Of a stretch of DNA of 64,000 nucleotides, positions 22,619 through 33,459 are shown in pieces. The DNA lies in NCBI RefSeq assembly GCF_963921235.1, contig NC_086098.1, forward strand, positions 4,030,001 through 4,094,000. The letters are read 5' to 3'. A model generated the notes under the pieces. It saw nothing but the letters and a program-made list of their open reading frames with translations. It searched no databases and was not told the origin of the DNA. The first letter of the stretch is position 1, and each line of letters begins with the position of its first letter. The position numbers were made by a program, and so were the translations under genes. The DNA comes from Mobula hypostoma. Its lineage: Eukaryota.

Positions 22619-23602
22619 AGAAACATAGAAAATAGGTGCAGGAGTAGGCCATTCGGCCCTTCGAGCCTGCACCGCCATTTATTATGATCATGGCTGATCA
22701 TCCAACTCGGAACCCTGCACCAGCCTTCCCTCCAGACCCCCTGATCCCCGTAGCCACAAGGGCCATATGAACTAACTCCCTCTTAAATATAGCCAATGAA
22801 CTGGCCTCAACAGTTTCCTGTGGCAGAGAATTCCACAGATTCACCACTCTCTGTGTGAAGAAGTTTTTCCTAATCTCGGTCCTAAAAGGCTTCCCCTTTA
22901 TCCTCAAACTGTGACCCCTTGTTCTGGACTTCCCCAACATCAGGAACAATCTTCCTGCATCTAGCCTGTCCAATCCCTTTAGGATTTTATACGTTTCAAT
23001 CAGATCCCCCCTCAATCTTCTAAATTCCAACGAGTACAAGCCCAGTTCATCCAGTCTTTCTTCATATGAAAGTCCTGCCATCCCAGGAATCAATCTGGTG
23101 AACCTTCTTTGTACTCCCTCTATGGCAAGGATGTCTTTCCTCAGATTAGGGGACCAAAACTGCACACAATACTCCAGGTGTGGTCTCACCAAGGCCTTGT
23201 ACAACTGCAGTAGTACCTCCCTGCTCCTGTACTCGAATCCTCTCGCTATAAATGCCAGCGTACCATTCGCCTTTTTCACCGCCTGCTGTACCTGCATGCC
23301 CACTTTCAATGACTGGTGTATAATGACACCCAGGTCTCGTTGCACCTCCCCTTTTCCTAATCAGCCACCATTCAGATAATAATCTGTTTTCCTATTTTTG
23401 CCGCCAAAGTGGATAACTTCACATTTATCCACATTAAATTACATCTGCCATGAATTTGCCCACTCACCCAACCTATCCAAGTCACCCTGCATCCTCTTAG
23501 CATCCTCCTCACAGCTAACACTGCCGCCCAGCTTCGTGTCATCCGCAAACTTGGAGATGCTGCATTTAATTCCCTCATCCAAGTCATTAATATATATTGT
23601 AA
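22619..23602 (-). mobile_element. Young CR1 copy (family A), 5'-truncated
   Basis: Open ORF2 C-terminus, near-identical to 34653-35432 and 48590-49536, with a (TTTCTATG) tail. Confidence 0.95.
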
Positions 23603-23604
23603 AA

Positions 23605-24025
23605 CTTCCAGTAGTTTCTCCTCCCTGCCTTATTCTATTCCCCGATCTGGTTTCCTCCCACCAGTTCTCTGCTTCTCACTTGCTCCTGGTTCCCCTTTTC
23701 CTTCCCTTTCTCACAATGGTCCACCCTGCTCTCCAATCACATTCCTACTTCTCCAGCCTTTATCTTTTCCACCTATCACCTCTCTTACTTCATTTCCCTT
23801 CCCTCACCCACCACCTTCCCCTCAAATGTGGCAGCTTGTACGCCTTCCCATCTGTCACCATGTTATTCTGGCTTCTGCCCCCTTTACTTCCAGTCCTGAT
23901 GAAGGGTCTCGACATGAAATGTCGAATATTTATTCATTTCCTTGGACACTGACTAATCTATTGCATTCTTCCAGTATCTTGTATGTGTTCCTTGAGATTT
24001 CCAGCATCTGCAGAATTCCTTGTTT
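23605..24025 (+). mobile_element. PLE terminal fragment with degenerate hammerhead (23892-23927)
   Basis: AGTCCTGATGAAGGGTCTCGACATGAAATGTCG and terminus GATTTCCAGCATCTGCAGAAT. Confidence 0.75.
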
Positions 24026-24044
24026 TTTAAAAATTCTTTATCCA

Positions 24045-24312
24045 GATATAGTGTGGAATAGGCCCTTCTACCTTTCAGCGATGCCAGCAAGCGATTACCC
24101 AATGTAAGTAATTACCCTAATCACGGGACAATTTACAATGACCAATTAATCTACCAACTGGTACATCTCTGGACTGTGGGAGGAAACTGGAGCATCCGGA
24201 GGAAACCACACAGCCACGTGGAGAATGTACAAAACTCCTTACAGGCAGCAGAGGGAATTGAACCCAAGCCCCCTGTACTGTAAAGTGCTGTGCTAACTAC
24301 TACACCACCGTA
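24045..24312 (-). mobile_element. V-SINE
   Basis: Reverse-complement similarity to 3905-4158. Confidence 0.75.
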
Positions 24313-25893
24313 CCAGTCTTGTGTATATGGTGTGCAACGTTGGGATGGGGAATGTTCCTGATTACACTGTGGCTTGATTTAAAAATCAGCTGATTTCAAA
24401 TCTCTGCAAGGCCACCTCCAGCCCAAACGAGATAATCTAAGCATCTTCAACCACGAACCTCGACGTCATCCCCATGTTTAATTGCACCAGTGACAGCACA
24501 ATCAGCTGTCAAGATGGTCAGGAATTCTAAAGATTAAAGATTAGCTTTATTTGTTACATCTACACCAAAACATACCATGAAATGCACTTTTGCATCAAAT
24601 CAAATCAGTGAGGATTGTGTTGCAGAGACAGAATAGTATTGCCACAGGTCACCGACTCGTATGCCTTTGGAATGTGGGAGGAAACTGGAGCACCCAGAAA
24701 CTCATTCAATTACAGGGAAAAGTACAAACTTCTTCTTGAACCCTGATATTGTAGCTGGTGCCGTGAAATGTAGCTACTTTACTAGGGGATCAGCAATTCT
24801 AGATTTAGTGTTGTGCAATGAATCAGAATTGAATAGACAGCTTAGGGTAAGGGAACCCTTATGGGAAAGTGATCATAATATGATTGAATTCACCCTGAAA
24901 TTTGAGAAGCTAATGTCGGATGTATCAGTATGTGGAGTAAAAAGGAATTACAGGTGTCCCCCGCTTTTCGAACATTCACTTTATGAAATCTTGCTATTAC
25001 GAAAGACCTACATTAGTTCCCTGTTTTCGCTAACAGAAGGTGTTTTCACTGTGATGAAAAAAAGCAGCGTGTAGGAAAAAAAGACAACGCACGCCCCGAG
25101 CAGACGCTCTCCCCGAGAACGGCATTCTTGCCAGCATTGCTTAAACACGTGCCTGTGAGCAGCCGTTTGCAAGATGAGTTCTAAAGTATCGGAAAAGCCT
25201 GAAAGAGCTCGTAAGGGTGTTACACTCAGTGTAAAATTAGACATAATTAAGCGTTTCGATCGTGGTGAACGAAGTAAGGACAAAGTGAGTTTGGCTTGTG
25301 GAAGTTGTCGAAGATGATGTTGAAGAGGTTTTGGCATCTCATGACCAAGAACTGATAGATGAAGAGCTGATACAATTGGATGAGGAAAGGATAACAATCA
25401 AAACCGAATGCAGTAGCGAAAGTGAAGTCGTCCAGGAACTGAACGCAAGGCAACTACGTGAGATTTTCACTGCAATGATAAAGTACGACTTCAATTTTGA
25501 AAGGGTACGTCGGTTTAGGGCATATTTGCAGTATGGTTTGAGTGCTTACAAAGAACTCTACGATCTAAAAATGTGCGAGGCTAAGCAGTTAAGCAAGCCT
25601 TCCACATCAGCCACAGCAGACGACGAACCTCGACCTTCGACATCGAGGCGGGCAGTCATAGGAGAAGATGAGCTACCTGCCCTCATGGAAACAGACGATG
25701 AGACGTCACCCCAGTGTCCCACCACCCCAACCCCCGGGCCGCAGACCGGTACCAATCCGTGGAGAATGCAGTGGTACCCAACAGCGGGAGGCACCCAACA
25801 CATCTTTAAGAAAAAAGCCGAAATAAACAAGCTACGTACATCAAAGTTGCTGGTGAACGCAGCAGGCCAAGCAGCATCTATAGGAAGAGGCGC

Positions 25894-25929
25894 AGTCGAC
25901 GTTTCAGGCCGAGACCCTTCGTCAGGACT
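25894..25929 (-). ncRNA. Minimal hammerhead ribozyme motif (PLE-type)
   Basis: AGTC-CTGACGA-AGG(gtctcgg)CCT-GAAAC-GTC-GACT on the minus strand, downstream of the GIY-YIG ORF. Confidence 0.75.
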
Positions 25930-26786
25930 AACTGAAGGAAGAGTGAGTAAGGGATTTGAAAGCTGGAGGGGGAGGGGGAGATGCAAAATGATAGGAGAAG
26001 ACAGGAGGGGGAGGGATAGAGCCGAGAGCTGGACAGGTGATAGGCAAAAGGGGATACGAGAGGATCATGGGACAGGAGGCCTCGGGAGAAAGACGGGGGG
26101 GGGTGACCCAGAGGATGGGCAAGAGGTATATTCAGAGGGACAGAGGGAGAAAAAGGAGAGTGAGAGAAAGAATGTGTGCATAAAAATGAGTAACAGCTGG
26201 GGTACGAGGGGGAGGTGGGGCCTAGCGGAAGTTAGAGAAGTCAATGTTCATGCCATCAGGTTGGAGGCTACCCAGACGGAATATAAGGTGTTGTTCCTCC
26301 AACCTGAGTGTGGCTTCATCTTTACAGTAGAGGAGGCCGTGGATAGACATGTCAGAATGGGAATGGGATGTGGAATTAAAATGTGTGGCCACTGGGAGAT
26401 CCTGCTTTCTCTGGCGGACAGAGCGTAGATGTTCAGCAAAGCGGTCTCCCAGTCTGCGTCGGGTCTCACCAATATATAAAAGGCCACATCGGGAGCACCG
26501 GACGCAGTATATCACCCCAGTCGACTCACAGGTGAAGTGATGCCTCACCTGGAAGGACTGTTTGGGGCCCTGAATGGTGGTAAGGGAGGAAGTGTAAGGG
26601 CATGTGTAGCACTTGTTCCGCTTACACGGATAAGTGCCAGGAGGGAGATGATCCTCTCGTATCCCCTTTTGCCTATCACCTGTCCAGCTCTCGGCTCTAT
26701 CCCTCCCCCTCCTGTCTTCTCCTATCATTTTGCATCTCCCCCTCCCCCTCCAGCTTTCAAATCCCTTACTCACTCTTCCTTCAGTT

Positions 26787-26822
26787 AGTCCTGACGAAGG
26801 GTCTCGGCCTGAAACGTCGACT
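26787..26822 (+). ncRNA. Minimal hammerhead ribozyme motif (PLE-type)
   Basis: Helix I AGTC/GACT, core CUGACGA, helix II AGG/CCT, GAAA, palindromic ACGT helix III. Predicted cleavage after GUC (26818). Confidence 0.75.
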
Positions 26823-27519
26823 GCGCCTCTTCCTATAGATGCTGCTTGGCCTGCTGCGTTCACCAGCAACTTTGATGTACGTTGCTTGAATTTCCAGCAT
26901 CTGCAGAATTCCTGTTGTTTGGAAATAAACAAGCTAATTAATTAGGTGCCGCTCAGCACGTAATTGTCGGCCCAGACCAGTGACGATTGCCGATTCCGTC
27001 ACCTCTGATCTGGGCTGACATTTACGTGCCGGGCGGCACCTAATTAATTAGCTTGTTTATTTCGGCTTTTTTCTTAAAGATGTGCTGGATGCATCCCGGC
27101 TACTACTGTACCCCTGCATGCTTCGCGAATCGGTATCGGTTCGCTGTCCAGAGGGTGGGGGCCACTGCACCAGCCCGACCTCCAACGACTCAGCCTAACA
27201 CACCATCATCAGTGTGCTCGACGCTGTCTTCCCGATTCCCGTGATACTACACTGTACATACATTATTTCTAGTTTATATCGGCTGTGTATTTTTACGTGT
27301 TATTTGGTATGATTTGGCAGCTTCATAGCTTAAAGGTTACTGGAGAGCGCTTGCGCCGTGTTTTTGCCAACAGCGTTTGTGTGAGATTTTCGCTACGGAG
27401 AGCAGTGCAGGCAATTATTGTGGAAAATTATTTCTACTTTATATAGGCTATGTATTTATTCATCATATCATTCCTGCTTTTACTATATGTTACTGTTATT
27501 TTAGTTTTTATGTGTTATT

Positions 27520-28315
27520 TTGCGCATGCGCCGGTCGTGCATGCAGCCTGGTACAGCCGTTCCAATCTATTCTTACTTTTATTTTTTAATTTACGTTATT
27601 TTTTTGTATTTTTTTTCTCACAGTATCACATCGAAGCTGCACCCTCTCTAACATGCTGGTAGAGAGAGTTTTATTTGGGTTTTCTTTAGCGCTGGAAATG
27701 GTTACATCCCGACATGCGGGACAGAAGCAAGGTTGCATTGTGTATTCCACGGACCAGCAAATTCCGGTCAGCTTAGCGAACAGAGCGGTGGACACCCCTG
27801 CTGAAATCCGGAGGAAAACACACAGAGGGGGATCACAAAGCCGAGGAAAGAAGACTGGGTCGAGACAACAGAGACTTTTGGAGAAGAGGAGTTCGGTGGG
27901 TAATACCGTTCCGGCTGACCGCCAACGCACTGAGAGCGGTAAGCGTAAAGGAATTGGGTGCTTACTGATCTGGTTAACAACGGATGGTGCAATCTGGGGC
28001 ATATTACGATCGAGGAACGTGTTTGCAGACCGGATATTGAACTTTTTACTGTTGGACTTCGGCCACATTCCACCGTGATACAACACCTGGAGGCACGGGA
28101 GGTCGTTCCTGCCTGTGGCTCCTCCCATGGAGGGTCAGACACCCTGAGCCAATAGACTGGTCCTGGATTTATTTCCATCTGACATAATTTGCACTCTGTT
28201 GTTTGATTGTTGGGGGGTTTTATATTGCTATATTTACGCTCTATTCTTGGTTGGTGCAGCTGTAATGAAACTAAATTTCTCTCGGGATTAATAAAGTATA
28301 TCTATCTATCTATCT
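27520..28315 (+). mobile_element. Bipartite non-autonomous Rex1-like element inside the Tigger
   Basis: CpG-rich 5' part with a basic N-terminal peptide (IVYSTDQ...PAEIRRKTHRGG...LLEKR) joined to a 3' UTR with AATAAA and a (TATC)n tail. Confidence 0.55.
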
Positions 28316-29399
28316 TACTTGGCATGATCTGGTAGGTTATTTTTGGGTCTGTGAACACTCACAAATTTTTCCCATATAAATAAATGGTAATTGCTTCTCT
28401 TTACGACGTTCCGACTTATGAACCGTTTCATAGGAACGCTCTACCTTCGGATGGCGGGGGAAACCTGTACAGAGGCATGAGAGAGGAGTTGGCCAGAATT
28501 GATTGGAAAAGGTCACTGACAGGGACGATGGCAGAGCAGCAATGGCTGGAATTTCTGGGAGCAATTTGGAAGGCACAGGATATATACATCCCAAAAAGGA
28601 AGAAGTATTCAAAAGGCAAGATGACACAAGTATGGCTAACAAGAGAAGTCAAAGCCAAAGAGACGGCAGATAATAGTGCAAAACTCAGTGGGGAAAGTAG
28701 AGGAATAACAAGCTTTTAAAAACCAACAGAAGGCAACTAAAAAGTTAAGAAGGAAAAGATGGAATATTAAGGTAAGCTAGCTAATAATATGGAAGAGGAT
28801 ACCAAAATTTCTTCACATACAAAAAGTGTAAAAGCGAGATGAGAGTGGATATCAGACCGCTGGAAAATGATGCTGGAGAGGTAGTAATGGGGGATGAGGA
28901 AATGGTGGATGAACAGAATGAGTATTTTGCATCAATCTTCACTGTGGAAAACACTATCACTATGCTGGAAGTTCGAAAGTTCTTGGGAAACTGAAAGGTC
29001 TGAAGGTAGATAAGTCACCTGGACCAGATGGTGTAAACACCAAAATTCTGAAAGAGGTGGCTGAAGATGTTGTGGGGGCACTAGTAATGATCTTTCTAGG
29101 ATCACTAGATTCTGGAATGGTTCCAGAAGGCTGGAAGATTGCAAAAGTCACTCCACTCTTCAAGAAGGAAAAGAGGCAAAAGAAAGGAAATTACAAGTCA
29201 GTTAGTCTGACCTTAGTGTTTGGGAAGATGTTAGAGTTGATTGTTAAGAATGTGGTTTCAGGATACTTGGAAGCACATGATAAAATACACCATAGTCAGT
29301 ATGACTTCCTCAAGGGAAAATCTTGCCTGACAAATCTATTGGAATTCTTTGAAGAAATAACAAGCAGGGTAGACAATGGAGAATCAGCCGATGTTGTGC

Positions 29400-29845
29400 C
29401 ATCAGGTAGGATTCCGTCTGGGTAGCCTTCAACCTGATAGCATGATCACCGATTTCTTGAACTTCTGGTATTTCTTCCCCCCCCCCCCACTTCACCATAC
29501 CCCATTCCCAATTTTCTCTCTCACCTTATCTCCTTACCTGCCCATCACCTCCCTCTGGTGGTCCTCCTCCTTCCCTTTCTTTCATGGCTTTCTGCCCTCT
29601 TCTATCAGATTCCCCCTTCTCCAGCCCCTTATCTCCTATCACCTGCTACCTTATATTTCTTCCTCCTCTCTTGCCACCTTCTTACTCTGACTTCTATCTT
29701 CTTTCTTCAGTCTTGATGAAGGGTCTAGGCCTGAAACATCGACTGTTTTCTCTTTTCCATAGTTTCTGTCTGGCCTGCTGCGTTACTCCAGCATTTGGTG
29801 TGTGTTGCTTGGATTTCCAGCATCTGCAGATTTTCTCTTGTTTGT
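29400..29845 (+). mobile_element. PLE 3' fragment with mutated hammerhead (29709-29744)
   Basis: FRLGSLQPDSM..DF, then AGTCTTGATGAAGGGTCTAGGCCTGAAACATCGACT. Confidence 0.8.
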
Positions 29846-29981
29846 GATTAGATTTTTGATTAGTCAGGGCATGAAGGGATAGAGGGAGAAGCCAGGAGAT
29901 CGGGCCAGCCATGACGAAATGGTAGAGTAGACTCAATGGGCCAAATGACCTAATTCTGCTCCTATTATCTTATGGTCTTAA

Positions 29982-30235
29982 CAGAGCTGGAGTTTCTAAG
30001 GCAGTCCTACCTCGAGTTCAGTGCTAACTGGCAGTTCCTGTGCTGCCACTGGTGCGAAATTCTATCGGTCTCTGCCGCACCTTTGGATTCATCAGCTGCA
30101 CGCAAAGGGACGCCTGTTGCATAGACGACAGCTTGCTCTCCATTTCGTCCTGCCCTGGCCCGTGTACTGATCTGCATATCACGTAAATGCTGGGGCACGA
30201 TATCCATGGTCAAGCCCGACCATCGGAAGGCCTTA
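29982..30235 (+). repeat. Second partial copy of the 5095-5655 repeat
   Basis: Collinear similarity with 5430-5640. Confidence 0.6.
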
Positions 30236-32909
30236 GTGATGGAACGGCGGAGCAGATGAATGAGGCCAGATGGTCTAATTTCCCTTCTTTGTCTTATGGT
30301 TTGATACGTGGGCAAATCAAAATACTACAGCTGTTGGAAATCGGGAATGAAAATGGAAAACATTGAGCATTCTCAGCAGGTCAAACAGTGTCGGTGGAGA
30401 TAGAAACACAGTAAATATTCCAGGGCAAGGCCATTCCCTAATGGCTGACCTCAATATTTCTGTTTTCATCCACTGTGTAAATGGGAGGTTGTGTTATGAT
30501 CATAAATTTGCCACATAAAAGTTAACAATAACTGAAATTTATTATGTTACATTACCTTTTTTCATAAACTGTTGTATAGGCATCAAATAATCATGGTGTT
30601 AAGGAAGCCCATTACAATAGTTTCTGTGTCATATACAGCTTTGTTCAAAGGCTTGACTGATGTTTTCTCCAATACAGCTGGTGAAGTTATTGAAAGTGGT
30701 TCAGAAACCATTGTTTAACAGTTCATTACTTGTCAGTAACATTATTTGCACAATGTGGTAGCACATTGAAGAGCAATTTATTACTTATTCAGAGATACCG
30801 TACAGTACGGGACCCTACTGGCTCAACAAACTTGCCCCACCCAGTAACACCAATGTGACCAATTCACTTCCTAACTTTGTAATGTGGGAAGAAATCAGAA
30901 ATCGTGGAGGAAACCTGCGAAGGGAGAAGGTACAAATTCCTTACCAACAGTGGCGGCTGGTTGAGGGCATTAAGCTAACTGCTATGCTACCCCTGGGGCC
31001 CAGACAAAGTTGCATTTTGGTTCTGGAACTCCACTCATTTTGTCCAAGCTGACTGCAGATGGGGATATTGTCAAAGGTAAATGGCTTATAACAACAAGTA
31101 GCTCTCAGAATGGTACTGCTCAGGATTTGATTGGTCAAACGTCTCATTATTGCATTGTTGTTTGAGTTTCATCACTGTTACGTGCATTGTGATTAACTGT
31201 AACAGTACTGTGGTTCCTTATTGAGCTGTGGTTAACAGTAGTCAATATATTGAAATTGAATGAGAAGAAAATACACATTCTGTAACATCTACGGTGACTA
31301 ATAAGATTAATTTTAGGGTATTGCATCAAAGGTTGTGAAAAATGTGATGTTTGGTAGGATCTGAAATACTCATATGTTAAAAAAACCATAACATGAGATG
31401 TACAGTGTATAGCCCTCCCCGCAATAAACGCCAAAGTAATATTATAATCAAAGAACATATATATCACAATATAACATCCTGAGATTTATTGTCTTGTGGG
31501 CAATCACAGTCAGTACGAGAAACAAGTTATTGGTTGCAGTTTAGTCTAGTTTCTTGCTTTGTGGCTGCTTGTAAGAGGCGAATCTCAAGGTTGTATATAG
31601 TATACATATTTTGATATTAAATGTACTTTCAACTTTGAACTTTAAACTTGAACATGATTCTGCACGGAACTGAGTCTATGGCCTGTAACTAATGGGTGCC
31701 TGAATTGGCTGTAGTGATGACTGACTTTGTGGCTATGGACTCACTTTTGTGAAATTCAGTTCTGAATGATATTTGCTGACTTTTGTAGTGTTTATAATTT
31801 TTTCCTGCACATTGGATGTGTGACAGTCTTTTTTTAATGGGTTCCATGGTGTTTCTTTGTTTTGTTTTGCCTGTAAGGAGGTAAATCTCAAGGTTGTGTA
31901 CTGTATTCATGCTTTGATAATAAATGTACTTTGAAATACACGCATTAATGAAACACCATACCCAACAGGGTGGAACAACAGCCAATGTGTAAAAAAAAAT
32001 ATGTGGGCAATGTGGTCAGAGCTATGATGGCGCTCAACGGCAACTTCTTCGAGCTCATCTGCGGAAACAGCTTAATTTCTAATTAATTCTTAAGGAGAGA
32101 GAGCCTGTGGTATGTTAATTGTCGAGTGACGGTTATTTTTGTTGTACCGCAGGTCATGGTTCTTTTGGTGGGGGGTCTTTGCTATTGCTTGCTTGGTGCG
32201 GATGCTTTATTTTTGCTAGACTAATGGGGGAGTGGGAGGTGGAGGGGGAGCATCATTGTTTTGCTGCTGCTTGTGTCTGAGGGGAGTGGGAGGCTTTCAT
32301 GTTTTATTTTTACTGTCATTCATTCTTTGGGGCACTCTTCTGTTTTCGTGGATTTCTGTGAAGAACAAGAATTTCAGCTTGTGTGTTGTACACACTCCCT
32401 GATTTTAAATGGAACTATTGAATGGTTGAAAGAACAAACTGTGTAAATACAGATAGAAAGAGAAAAACGTAGTAATAATAATAAATAAGCAATAAATATA
32501 GAGAACATAGATGACGAGGCATTGAAAGTAAGTCCATAGGTTGTGTGAACATTCCAGTGATGGGGTGAGTGAAAAAGGATCTGGTATTTTCTCAGCATAT
32601 GATTTTCCAGCTGGGTACAGATATCCCCAATGAAGATGGCACAGTTTGTCATTGAAACATCAGCTATAATCAATACCTGTTACCCGTCTGGAAGGCCACA
32701 AAAGTTCAACTGAAGTTGTGTGAAGTTATCCCCATTTGTTCAAGAGCCTGATGGTTGTGGGGTAATAACTGTTCCTGAACCTGGTAGTGGGTCCTGAGGC
32801 TCTTGTATCTTCTTCTTGATGGCAGCAGTGAGAAGAGAGCATGGCCTAAACTTCCATTGTCTACTAACAATGCTGGATGCATAACGCAGGTGGCTTTTGA
32901 ATCAACTTA

Positions 32910-33392
32910 TGAAAGCTTTAGAAAGGGTGCCGAGGAGATTTACCAGGATGCTGCCTGGATTGGTGAGCATGTCTTATGAGAATAGGTCAAGTGATCTAGG
33001 TCTTTTCGCTTTGGAGCAAAGGAGACTGAGGTGACTTGAAAAAGATGTACAAGACGATAAGAGCCATAGATCGAGCGGATAGCCAGAGACTAAATGAATA
33101 ATACATGGGGGCATAGTTTTAAGGTGATTGGAGGAAAGTATAGTGGGGATGTCAGAGATATCTTTTTTTACACAGAGAGTGGTGGGTGCAGAGAACATAT
33201 TGCTGGTGGGGGGGTGGTGAAGGCACATACAGTTGGGGCATTTAAGAAAGTCTTAGACACATGGATGAAAATAAAATGTAGGGCTATATAAGAGGGAGGG
33301 GTCAGATTGATTTAGAGTCGGTTCAAAAGGTTAGCACAACATTGTGGGACGAAGGGCCTGTACCTGTGCTACAGCATTCTATGTTTTATTTT
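32910..33392 (+). mobile_element. CR1 3' fragment
   Basis: RRFTRMLPGL...GHSFKVIGGKY and a 3' UTR. Confidence 0.8.
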
Positions 33393-33459
33393 CTAACACT
33401 ACATACAATCTAGATCACTGAATCATCCTGCATTGCAGAAGTTTGCACTTATGGATTCT

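Larger units (their letters stand above)
25835..26921 (-). mobile_element. Young Penelope-like element: GIY-YIG C-terminus with inverted terminal duplication
   Basis: FTCESTGVIYCVRCSRCGLLYIGETRRRLGDRFAEH...GMNIDF, 234-bp inverted repeat (25835-26068 and 26648-26881), and 15-bp TSD GAAATAAACAAGCTA at 25820-25834 and 26922-26936. Confidence 0.93.
24951..28467 (+). mobile_element. Internally deleted Tigger/pogo DNA transposon with nested insertions
   Basis: TA TSDs, TIRs CAGGTGTCCCCCGC / GCGGGGGAAACCTG, CENP-B-like N-terminus MSSKVSEKPERARKGVTLSVKLDIIKRFDRGE (25174) joined to the C-terminal DVEEVLASHDQELIDEEL. The DDE domain is absent. Confidence 0.88.
24780..29400 (+). mobile_element. CR1 ORF2 fragment split by the Tigger element
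   Basis: SAILDLVLCNE...SDHNMIEF to 24950, resuming YRGMREELARIDW at 28468. Confidence 0.85.

Noticed and set aside
25298..26428. 376-aa ORF as a novel gene
   Set aside because: It is a chimera of the Tigger C-terminus read into the antisense strand of the PLE.
30555..30677. Minus-strand exon with AG/GT ends
   Set aside because: Stop codons occur in all three frames.
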